Shown: in pieces, positions 38,176 through 47,700 of the stretch
How the letters are laid out: each line of letters begins with the position of its first letter
How positions within the stretch are numbered: position 1 is the first letter of the stretch
IMG/VR virus record: IMGVR_UViG_3300017911_001939
Location: 1-64,000 of that record
Strand: one strand, 5' to 3'
DNA: 64,000 nucleotides
DNA from: a virus
Lineage: Duplodnaviria; Caudoviricetes
Notes under the pieces: generated by a model
Told to the model about the DNA's origin: nothing
The model's input: the letters and a program-made list of their open reading frames with translations, nothing else
The model's database searches: none
Position numbers and translations under genes: made by a program

Positions 38176-39183
38176 ATGCCAGGTGTAACACGTAAGGGAA
38201 CAGATTCACATGTAGGGCATGCAAGTCCAACACCTAATCCATTTCATAAGACTGCTTATGCTGCTGGATCAGGCAATGTGATAGTCAATGATGCAAGTGC
38301 AGTTCGTGTTGGTGATGCTACCTCGTGTGGTGATCCTGCCGTTGCAGGTTCTGCCAAAGTTGTAGTCAATGGAAAAAATGTGCACCGTAAAGGTGATGCA
38401 ACGGGTGGTCATGCATCATGGGTACCAAATTCATCTGCAGGTGGTTCAAGTAATGTAATTGCTGGTGATGGTAAAGCGCTCTCGTTTGGTGAGAACGAAG
38501 TCTATAATTCTCCTGCTGTCACATATCCTACTCGTATCTTACCTAAACTAACTGCAGCAGAAGTTCCACCAGAACATCCACGTAATTCAGAACAACAAGA
38601 TCCTGCTACAGAATCAGAGCCAACACCTCAATGCGGTGAGATTCCACAAAGAAATCCCTATGATGTGGCAGCCGAAGCATTGTCTTTAGGTGATGCCGCA
38701 TGGAGAGAAACAGGTTCGAATCCAAATATTACTGCATTATGGGACGAGATTGGATATCAAGGTTCTGCATATGCCGATGAAACTGCATGGTGTGCAGTTT
38801 TTGTTGGTGCAGTATTAAAACGAAGCGGCAATGAATTTATTCAGACAGCATCATCACAAGCATATCGTGGTTATGGTAAAGAAGTACAAATTGAAGATAT
38901 GCAGAAAGGTGACATCATTGTATTTTATCGTAAAGGCAGAAATTCTGGTTATGGTCATGTTGGCTTTGCAACCGGTGGATATACGTCTTCTACTATCGAA
39001 GTACTAGGCGGAAATCAAAGTAATAGTCTAAACGTAAAAACATTTCAGCGTAGAAACGATGCCAAAGGATGGGGTATCAGAACTATACGCAGAGCAATAT
39101 CTTGTGAAGACGGAGATACAGCACCTCCAGAGGCAACAGGTGCAACATTATCTTCGGTTGGAGCGGGTGATCAGGTCACATAA
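38176..39183 (+). CDS. PAAR spike-tip protein (gp5.4-like) fused to TIGR02594/CHAP-like peptidoglycan amidase
   Basis: N-terminal PAAR (RKGTD-H, RVGD..CG, RKGD..GH); C-terminal AWCAVFVG...GHVGF...LGGNQ. Confidence 0.85.
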   Translation: MPGVTRKGTDSHVGHASPTPNPFHKTAYAAGSGNVIVNDASAVRVGDATSCGDPAVAGSAKVVVNGKNVHRKGDATGGHASWVPNSSAGGSSNVIAGDGKALSFGENEVYNSPAVTYPTRILPKLTAAEVPPEHPRNSEQQDPATESEPTPQCGEIPQRNPYDVAAEALSLGDAAWRETGSNPNITALWDEIGYQGSAYADETAWCAVFVGAVLKRSGNEFIQTASSQAYRGYGKEVQIEDMQKGDIIVFYRKGRNSGYGHVGFATGGYTSSTIEVLGGNQSNSLNVKTFQRRNDAKGWGIRTIRRAISCEDGDTAPPEATGATLSSVGAGDQVT

Positions 39184-39187
39184 GTGG

Positions 39188-39195
39188 TATAAATA
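39188..39195 (+). promoter_or_regulatory. T4-type late promoter
   Basis: TATAAATA 5 nt before gp25 ATG. Confidence 0.65.
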
Positions 39196-39200
39196 AGAGC

Positions 39201-39641
39201 ATGGCAAGAGTATTTTCACAAGAAGACGGGAATCTAAATACAGCTCCCATTATTACGTCAAGAAAGGTAGCATATTCTGACGTAGACTTGACATTTGCGA
39301 AAAAGTCGAGTGGAGATGTATTTAAAAAATCTGATGCGGCATCTGTAAAGCAAGCCGTAAAGAATTTACTATTAACTAATAATGGAGAAAAACCATTTCA
39401 GCCACTTTTTGGTGGTGATTTAAATAGATTTTTATTTGATTTAGATACAGAATTTGACGAGTCAGAAATCGTTGACCAAATTGGCACAACTATTGCTAAC
39501 TATGAACCACGTGCCTTGTTTATGGGTGCCAAAGCTAAATTAAATCCTGATCAAAATAGTGTTGCTATTACTGTTAGATTTCAAGTAGTAAGCACGTTCG
39601 AAGTAGTAGACTTAAATGTTTCATTAACGAGGTTGAGATAA
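39201..39641 (+). CDS. gp25: Baseplate wedge subunit gp25
   Basis: YSDVDLTF, VKQAVKNLLLTNNGEKPFQPLFG, NYEPR. Confidence 0.92.
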   Translation: MARVFSQEDGNLNTAPIITSRKVAYSDVDLTFAKKSSGDVFKKSDAASVKQAVKNLLLTNNGEKPFQPLFGGDLNRFLFDLDTEFDESEIVDQIGTTIANYEPRALFMGAKAKLNPDQNSVAITVRFQVVSTFEVVDLNVSLTRLR

Positions 39642-41473
39642 TGGCAGTCATTAAATCATCTGATCTTGATTTTGACAATATCAAGACCAATTTAAAAACG
39701 TATTTAAAGCAAAGTTCTGAGTTTGCCGATTATGATTTTGAGGCTTCAGGCTTATCAAATATTCTCGACGTATTGGCATATAATACGCACATTAACGGCC
39801 TCATTGCAAATATGGCTATTAATGAATCGTTTTTAAGTTCGGCACAATTAAGATCTTCTGCAGTATCTCATGCCGAAACGCTTGGTTATTATCCTCGTTC
39901 TAAAACAGGTTCTACGGCAACTGTTACGCTAAAAGCTGCAACCTCTGATACAACCACTGTGTCAGCAACTCTTCCTGCATATTCTTCATTTACCGCTAAT
40001 GTTGATGACGTATCTTATACATTCCAAACTACCGAAGCTTATACTGCATCAAATGATGGTAGTGGTAACTTTACATTTAAAACTACGGCAGGTAGTGACA
40101 ATATTATTATTAAAGAAGGTTCGCTTAAAACTAAAAACTTTATTGTGGGTGATACAGCAGATAATCAGGTCTATGTGATTCCTGATGAAAATATCGACAC
40201 ATCTACGATTGTTGTAAAAGTTTACGATACTACAACTAGTTCAACATTTACAACATACACAGATATTCAAAAGCAAGTTCGAATCAATACTACTTCGACA
40301 GTATTCATTGTGCGTGAAGTACCAAATGGCTATTTCGAACTGACATTCTCTGATGGTAATGTTCTTGGTAAATCGCCAGTTGCTGGCAATAAAATCGAAG
40401 TAACATATCTTCAAGTAAAAGGTGCAGTAGCTAATAATGCTACATCATTTGTGGCTGATAATAAAGTTACAGTTGGTGGCGTACAATATACACTGACTAC
40501 CACAAAAGTTGCTAACTCTGGTGGTGGCGCAGACAAAGAAACAATCTCGTCTATTAAGGCGAATGCACCTGTTGCCTTTGCTACTCAACAGCGTCTGGTA
40601 ACAGCTGAAGATTATAAAGCTTTGATCCTACAAAGATACTCATCGACAGTAGAAGATGTGATTGCATGGGGTGGTAACGATAATGTTCCTGCTACATATG
40701 GTAATGTATACGTCGCATTGAAGTTCAAAACAGGTGTTACAGCTGCTACACAGACTACCGTAAAAGATTCAATTAAATCAAATTTAGCAAATAACCTTGG
40801 TATCATGTCAATCGATACAATATTTTCTGATCCTCTCGATACATTCCTTGAGATTGCTACAACATTTAACTTTGATCCAGATTTGACGGGCGATACGGTT
40901 GATACTACACAGACAAATGCCCAAAATACTGTAAACAACTTCTTTACAGATAACCTTAATAAGTTTGGTGCAATCTTTAGAAAATCTCAATTGCTTACAA
41001 AAATTGATGCACTTTCTCCTGCGATTTTGAATACACAGCAATCGATTAAAGTACAACAAAGATTTAAGCCTACTCTTAATTCAAACACAAACGCAGATGT
41101 TAATTTCCCTGTCACATTGGCTACAGCAGATGATGTAAATTATCGAGTGACTACGACTAACTTCACTATGCTGGCTCAGAAGTGTTTTATTAGAAACACG
41201 CTAAAGAGTACGAAACTTGAGCTAATCAATGCAGAAACAAATGATGTAATTAGAGATAACATTGGATCGTATAATCCTGCGACAGGTGTTATTAGTTTTG
41301 TTGGGTTGAATGTAAGTGCATTCGAGGGTGAAAATATTAAAGTATCGGTAACACCTGCCGATGAAAATACAATCAAGCCATTAAGAAATTATATTCTGAA
41401 GGTTGATACTTCTAAGTCGTCTGCAAACGGCGTTACTGACTTCCAGAACACAGCGGTTACATTGAGCACATAA
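39641..41473 (+). CDS. gp6: Baseplate wedge subunit gp6
   Basis: LDFDNIKTNLK, DYDFEASGLSNILDVLAYNTH, QQRLVTAEDY. Confidence 0.95.
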   Translation: MAVIKSSDLDFDNIKTNLKTYLKQSSEFADYDFEASGLSNILDVLAYNTHINGLIANMAINESFLSSAQLRSSAVSHAETLGYYPRSKTGSTATVTLKAATSDTTTVSATLPAYSSFTANVDDVSYTFQTTEAYTASNDGSGNFTFKTTAGSDNIIIKEGSLKTKNFIVGDTADNQVYVIPDENIDTSTIVVKVYDTTTSSTFTTYTDIQKQVRINTTSTVFIVREVPNGYFELTFSDGNVLGKSPVAGNKIEVTYLQVKGAVANNATSFVADNKVTVGGVQYTLTTTKVANSGGGADKETISSIKANAPVAFATQQRLVTAEDYKALILQRYSSTVEDVIAWGGNDNVPATYGNVYVALKFKTGVTAATQTTVKDSIKSNLANNLGIMSIDTIFSDPLDTFLEIATTFNFDPDLTGDTVDTTQTNAQNTVNNFFTDNLNKFGAIFRKSQLLTKIDALSPAILNTQQSIKVQQRFKPTLNSNTNADVNFPVTLATADDVNYRVTTTNFTMLAQKCFIRNTLKSTKLELINAETNDVIRDNIGSYNPATGVISFVGLNVSAFEGENIKVSVTPADENTIKPLRNYILKVDTSKSSANGVTDFQNTAVTLST

Positions 41474-42498
41474 TGCCTAAACATTTTACATCCAACGGAA
41501 GACGAGATCTAGTACTTACCACGTCCAAAACTGGTGAAGTATTACCTCAATATTATGAAAATGATAATTCTAAACTTATCAAATTACTTGATGAGTATTA
41601 TGATTTTTTGGATTCCGATGGATCTCAGGCATTTTCCGATACAATTAAAGAGATTGTATATGCTCGTGATACTGCCGAAACGAAGACAGAATTTCTTGAC
41701 GAATTAGTAAAAGAAATCGGTGATGGATTGCAGGTTTCTACATTCTTCCATCAACCAAGACTTATGGCTAAATTACTTGGTGGATTCTATAGATCAAAAG
41801 GTTCTATTGTATCGGCCGAAGGTTTCTTCCGCGGATTCTTTAATGAAGAAGTTACGGTCGAATATCCGAAGAAAGACATCTTTACGGTTGGCGAATCTCA
41901 AATTGGATTTGATTCGCAAAAGTTTATTCAGAATAACGGGATCTATCAGATTTTTTCTGTATTGCTTAAAGTTGGTATTTCTACACAAGACTACGAAACA
42001 CTTTATAAAAAGTTTGTACATCCTGCAGGATTTCACTTTGCTGGTGAGGTTACATCTGTTGAAGAAGGTGCGTTAACACTTTCAGGTCAAGGTCTAAATC
42101 CTCTCGATTCAGCAGCTGGTATTTCTACTCTTGCGTCTGAAGCAAATGTTATCTTCTCTACACCGTTCAGCGAACTTACCGCGTTCCTCGATTCTGGCGC
42201 AGATGAAGAAAGATATCGTGTTACTGTCGATCAACCAGTATCCGACTTCCAGGCTCTTACAGCAAATGAGATCTCGAAATTCTACCCAACGATTACAGCT
42301 CTTGTCGATCCAAACTCTTTCACATTCGACGACAGCGATACAACTGGCCGTCCAGACTTCTCACTGGCTGCCGAAACTATGGACAACGATCTCTACAGAA
42401 GAGATTTACCAACATTAACTCGATTCTTTATGTCTAACACTAATATCACATTCGATGATATCACAGAGACATTTGATGATGGTGGTGCTGGAAACTAG
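41473..42498 (+). CDS. Baseplate wedge protein (gp7-like)
   Basis: FYRSKGS..FFR..F, YQIFSVL, FVHPAGFHF; follows gp6. Confidence 0.7.
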   Translation: MPKHFTSNGRRDLVLTTSKTGEVLPQYYENDNSKLIKLLDEYYDFLDSDGSQAFSDTIKEIVYARDTAETKTEFLDELVKEIGDGLQVSTFFHQPRLMAKLLGGFYRSKGSIVSAEGFFRGFFNEEVTVEYPKKDIFTVGESQIGFDSQKFIQNNGIYQIFSVLLKVGISTQDYETLYKKFVHPAGFHFAGEVTSVEEGALTLSGQGLNPLDSAAGISTLASEANVIFSTPFSELTAFLDSGADEERYRVTVDQPVSDFQALTANEISKFYPTITALVDPNSFTFDDSDTTGRPDFSLAAETMDNDLYRRDLPTLTRFFMSNTNITFDDITETFDDGGAGN

Positions 42499-42499
42499 A

Positions 42500-42507
42500 T
42501 ATAAATA
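42500..42507 (+). promoter_or_regulatory. T4-type late promoter
   Basis: TATAAATA upstream of 42540. Confidence 0.7.
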
Positions 42508-42539
42508 AAGTAAACCTTATTTTACAGAGGAATTAAAAA

Positions 42540-43361
42540 ATGGCAAGACAAAACATTGGTGTCGGCGCCTCCGCCAATGATGGTACTGGTGATACACTGC
42601 GCAGTGCAGGTACTAAGATCAATGATACCTTCGTTGAAATTTACCGTATGCTGGGTGGCGGAGACTCTGATAACCTTTCATCCCAAATCTCACTTGAAGA
42701 TAGTGCAATTGTATTCGAAGGCGCTTCTATCGATGCATTTGAAACTCGTCTGACAGTAGTAGATGCTACAGCCGATAGACAAATTCAATTACCTGATGCA
42801 GCTGGTATTGTTACGCTTAATGATGCTACACAGACATTAAGTAATAAGACTATTCAGGCTCCACAAATTAATTCACCAAAAATTGGTGCTGCGATCAACG
42901 ATTCAAATGGTAGCGAGTTAATTAGCTTTACATCTAATTCAACTGCGATTAACCAAATCAATATTGCAAATGCGGCAACAACAAATGCTCCTGTTCTTTC
43001 AGTAATTGGTACTGATGCGAATATCAATATGACAGTGAATTCAAAAGGTACTGGTTCGGTTGAGATTCGTAAAGCAGCATACACATCTTCTGAGATTACT
43101 GCAAACGGTGCAGCTTCTGCTAACGCTACTTACATCATCTGTAATAAAGCGACAGCATTGGCAATCTCTCTCGCTGATGGTACAACAACGGGTGAATACA
43201 AAATCTTTACGAACAAAGGTGCTGGTCTGGCAACAGTTACTCCTGCTAACTTCTCGGCTGGTTCATCTTTTGCAATCGCACAGAACGAAGCCGCTCAGTG
43301 TGTATGGGACGGAGCAAATTGGTTCCTTATCGGTAACCAAAGCGTCTGTACGGTAGTATAA
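42540..43361 (+). CDS. Baseplate wedge/tail fibre connector (gp9/gp10-like N-terminus)
   Basis: MARQNIGVGASANDGTGDTLRSAGTKINDTFVEIY. Confidence 0.75.
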   Translation: MARQNIGVGASANDGTGDTLRSAGTKINDTFVEIYRMLGGGDSDNLSSQISLEDSAIVFEGASIDAFETRLTVVDATADRQIQLPDAAGIVTLNDATQTLSNKTIQAPQINSPKIGAAINDSNGSELISFTSNSTAINQINIANAATTNAPVLSVIGTDANINMTVNSKGTGSVEIRKAAYTSSEITANGAASANATYIICNKATALAISLADGTTTGEYKIFTNKGAGLATVTPANFSAGSSFAIAQNEAAQCVWDGANWFLIGNQSVCTVV

Positions 43362-43371
43362 GAGGTAAGTC

Positions 43372-44739
43372 ATGGTAGCAATTGTAACTGATCCACTGAA
43401 ACTAAAGTTCGCTGAATTTATTTTCAACGAAGCGACAAGCACTTCTGACAGTCATGAGTATTATATCGGTATCGGTAAGGCTGATACCTATGATAGCTCG
43501 GATACTGTTGCTACACCTGTTCGCACACTTCAAGAAGAAAGAGAAGCACGTAATAACCTACAATCTGTAAAGAAAGTAACTGGTACATCGTTCGTTATTC
43601 CACGATATAACTGGTCATCTGGTTCTACGTATTCTCCATGGCAAGATAATCAAACAGGTATTCCATCAAATACTTACTATGTAATGACAGAAGATAACGA
43701 AGTTTATATCTGTTTACAACAAGGTAAGTCTGCAACTGGTACATCGAATGCTTCTACTGTAAAGCCATCGTATACTGATGCTGGTGTGGCAGAAACGCAA
43801 GCCTTTGAAACATCTGATGGTTATCGCTGGAAGTTAATGTATGCGCTATCTGCATCGAGAGCAAATACATTCCTTTCTTCTGGTTTTATTCCATGTCAAA
43901 ATGTAACAATTGATTCTGGTTCGGCTAACGCATTTGAATTACAGCAGTTAAATATTCAAAACACCTCATTGCCTGGTGCAATTCTTGGTGTAGAAATTGT
44001 AGATGCTGGTACAGGTTATACATCTGCTCCTACTATTACATTCAAAGGCAACGGATCCGGTGCGACAGCAACTGCCACAATTTCTGGTGGTGCTATTGTA
44101 AAGGTTGAGATGGATAACGAATCTGCAGGTATGGGTTCTGGTTATGATTATGCTTCGGCCACTGTAACTGGTAACGCATCACTTCGACCAATCCTTGCAC
44201 CTCAAAAAGGTATTGGTAACGACGCTCGAGCAGATCTTAAATCATCTTCGATTATGTTTAACATTAAGCCGTCTGGTACTGAGAACGATACGTTCAATAT
44301 TACTAACGACTTTAGACAAATCTTATTGCTAAGAAATCTTGACGAAATGGATAGTGCACAAGATGGCAACCGCTATACAGGTACATCATCTAAAGCACAA
44401 AGATTCTTAACAATTACTGGTACAGTATCGGCATCAAACTTTGTTGTCGATGAAAAAATTACAGGCGGCACATCAGGTGTAACAGCGTTTGTTGACGAAC
44501 TCGATTCAAACTCTGGTAACAAGATTTTCTTCCATCAAAACAGCAATAATATTGCTGGTAACTTTACTGATGGAGAAACAATCACGGGTTCTGGTTCTGG
44601 TTCAGCAACTGTAGATAGTGGTGATAAACACACTGCGGTCGATAATCACTCTGGTGAAGTCTTATACATAGAGAACAGAGCACGTGTTATCCGCTCGAAC
44701 ACACAAACTGAAGATATTAAAGTAATTATTACGGTGTAA
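43372..44739 (+). CDS. gp8: Baseplate wedge subunit gp8
   Basis: YIGIGK, VIPRYNWSSG, YYVMTEDNEVYICL, DGYRWKLMY, GEVLYIENR..EDIKVII. Confidence 0.88.
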   Translation: MVAIVTDPLKLKFAEFIFNEATSTSDSHEYYIGIGKADTYDSSDTVATPVRTLQEEREARNNLQSVKKVTGTSFVIPRYNWSSGSTYSPWQDNQTGIPSNTYYVMTEDNEVYICLQQGKSATGTSNASTVKPSYTDAGVAETQAFETSDGYRWKLMYALSASRANTFLSSGFIPCQNVTIDSGSANAFELQQLNIQNTSLPGAILGVEIVDAGTGYTSAPTITFKGNGSGATATATISGGAIVKVEMDNESAGMGSGYDYASATVTGNASLRPILAPQKGIGNDARADLKSSSIMFNIKPSGTENDTFNITNDFRQILLLRNLDEMDSAQDGNRYTGTSSKAQRFLTITGTVSASNFVVDEKITGGTSGVTAFVDELDSNSGNKIFFHQNSNNIAGNFTDGETITGSGSGSATVDSGDKHTAVDNHSGEVLYIENRARVIRSNTQTEDIKVIITV

Positions 44740-44742
44740 AGA

Positions 44743-47700
44743 ATGGCAACAACACTTACCAATACTACGTTCTCCACTACCTATAAGGACGACTATAAAG
44801 ACTCCGATAATTTTCATCGGATTCTCTTTAATAGTGGTAAGGCGTTGCAAGCTCGCGAACTTACGCAGATGCAAACTATTATCCAAAACGAGATTCAACG
44901 TTTTGGTTCTAACATCTTCGTAGATGGCGGGGTTGTACAGCCTGGTGGCTTAACAGTTAACAACAAACTAGAATATATTAGACTTGCAGCTTCACAGCTG
45001 CCAGTAAATCTTGACGATATTATTGGTAAGACATTTACTGTAAAATCTCCTGACCCTGCACTAAGAGTAAAAGTTCTCAAAGCGGTTAGAGCAGATGGTT
45101 CTGATCCTGATACATTATATGTAGAATACGTATCTACTTCTGCTGGTACATCTTCATCTGCACCCGTTCGCGTAGGTGCATCTCAAGTTCTTGAGAATAC
45201 AGATCTTGGCTCATCATATGATATGACAATTGCATCATCGAATGCGGTTGGTCAAGGCACAGAAGTTTCTATCGCTAAAGGTAGTTTCTTTGTACAAGGT
45301 CACTTTGTATTCTGCGCCAAACAATCTATTTTCGCCGAAAAGTATTCTACAAATGCTAACAAAGATGTTGGCCTTAAAGTAGAAGAAGAAATCATTGGTG
45401 CAACAGATGATGATGGTCTATACGATAACCAAGGTGCAACTCCAAACTTAGCAGCTCCTGGTGCCGATCGTTATAGAATTAAGTTAACTCTTACAACTCG
45501 TGACGCAATCGATTCTACTGACAACTTTGTATATCTTGCAAAGGTAAGTTCTGGTAAAATCGTAGACGAATCACGTACAGATAATTCTTACAATGTTCTT
45601 AACGATGTATTAGCATTGAGAACAAAAGAAGAATCTGGTAACTATATCGTTAAGCCGTTTAATGCACAGTTTAACTCAAAGAATGATTCGAATCTTGAGC
45701 TTGAAATTAGTGATGGTATTGTATATGTAGATGGTTATCGTTTGAATGCAGACGGTAAGAAAATCAACGTACCAAAAGCACAAGATACAATTACAATTAA
45801 TAATGAAACGATTGTTGTCCAGTATGGTAACTATATCATGGGCAGCAACAGCACATCTAAAGGTTTGCCTGAAATTGACACATTGGCAAAACTAACACTA
45901 AGATCTGCAGCTACATTCGGTGGCGATGATCTTGGCACATGTCGCTGTCGTTTCGTCGAAGAAGATAATAGTGGTGATTCTCGCTTCTATCTCTTTGACA
46001 TCCAAATGAGACCTGGCAAAAACTTCAGCTCAGTTCGTTCTTTCGGTACTAGCACATCTGACTATATCGATGTCGTACTCGAAGGTGGTGTTGCCGTATT
46101 GAAAAATACTGGCAATAACGATCTACTGATGCCTCTGCCGAGAACACGTCCTACGAATACTGGTATTACGCATGATACTATTACTTTCTTGAAGAAGTAT
46201 TCGATGACGACTAACACAAGCGGTAACTCTACTGCTAATATCGCGGCTGGCGCTGGTCTCACATTTACGAATCTAAACGCATGGATTGCTGCGGCTGATG
46301 ATAGTGCCATTGACGGTTCTATTAATCTACAGCTCGATGGTACACAAGAAAACTTCTTCGTTAACGATGGTTCTGGTGTAGCAAGTAAGACATACGAAGT
46401 ATTGGCATACGTAACTAAAGGTTCTCCATCAAAGAGAACAAAGTCACTTAACAATACAACAATTACTAAAGCATGGCCTGGTGATGTAGAATCCGATGGT
46501 ACAGGTGCAGGCATTGAATTCCTTGCACTCGATAAGGCTGATATTTTTGAAGTCGAAGCAATTAAGATTGAAGACTCTGATGGTGCCGATATCACGACTA
46601 ACTTCAACATCGATAACGGTCAAAGAGATAACTACTATGGCATTGGTCGTATTGTCAAGAAAGCTGGCTCTACGATTCCAACTGGTGACATCTTTGTAAG
46701 ATACAAGTACTTTACACACGGCAATGGTGATTTCTTCGATATCACTTCATATCCTACTGCTTCAGTACCATACGACAAAGTTCCATCACATACACAAAAT
46801 GACGGTACAGTTGTATCGCTGAGAGATGTGATTGATTTCAGACCAGTTGCTGTACGAGATGCAGACAATGCTGATTCATCTATCTTATCATTTAACTTTG
46901 ATTCAAACGGTGCTGGTGGTAATCCAATTATTCAGTCTCTGCCTCAGTCAACTGACACATTTACGGCAGACATCGTATATTATATGCCAAGAGCCGATCG
47001 CCTTGTAGCTACGTTCCTCAACGAGAAAGGTGAACGCCTTCCGCGCGGTCAGGTTAAAGTAGTACAAGGTGTATCTTCTCTTGATCCTCAGCTTCCTGCT
47101 ATTCCGACAGGATCGATGCCGCTTTACAATATGAACCTGAATCCATTCACGTTGAATGAGTCAGATTTGACAACAGCATTTATTCCTGCCAAGAGATTTA
47201 CGATGGCAGATATTGCTGAGTTAGAACAGCGTATCGATACATTACAAGAATTGACCACACTGTCACTGCTTGAGGTTGATACTTCTAACCTTACAGTTCT
47301 TGACTCTGCTGGTAACGAAAGAACAAAAGCTGGTTTCTTAGTTGATAACTTTAAAGACTTTGCATTCTCTGCTGTTGGTCGTGATGAGTATCGTGCAGGT
47401 GTTGATGAGCTTGCGGGTTTACTTGAGCCATTACAAGAAGCACACAATACTCGCCTTATCTTCGATTCTGCAGATGCAAACTCTACTGTAATTCGTAAAG
47501 GTGATAACTTATATCTGCCTATCGATTCAGATGTTATGATGATCAATCAGGCTCTTGCAACAGAAACTGAGAATATTAACCCATTCGCAGTGATTGTTTC
47601 TCAAGGTCATATGGAATTATCTCCTTCTTCTGACGAATGGGTAGAAACTCGCTATGCACCTGATAACATTGTACAAGGTGAAACAGTAACAGAAAGATTG

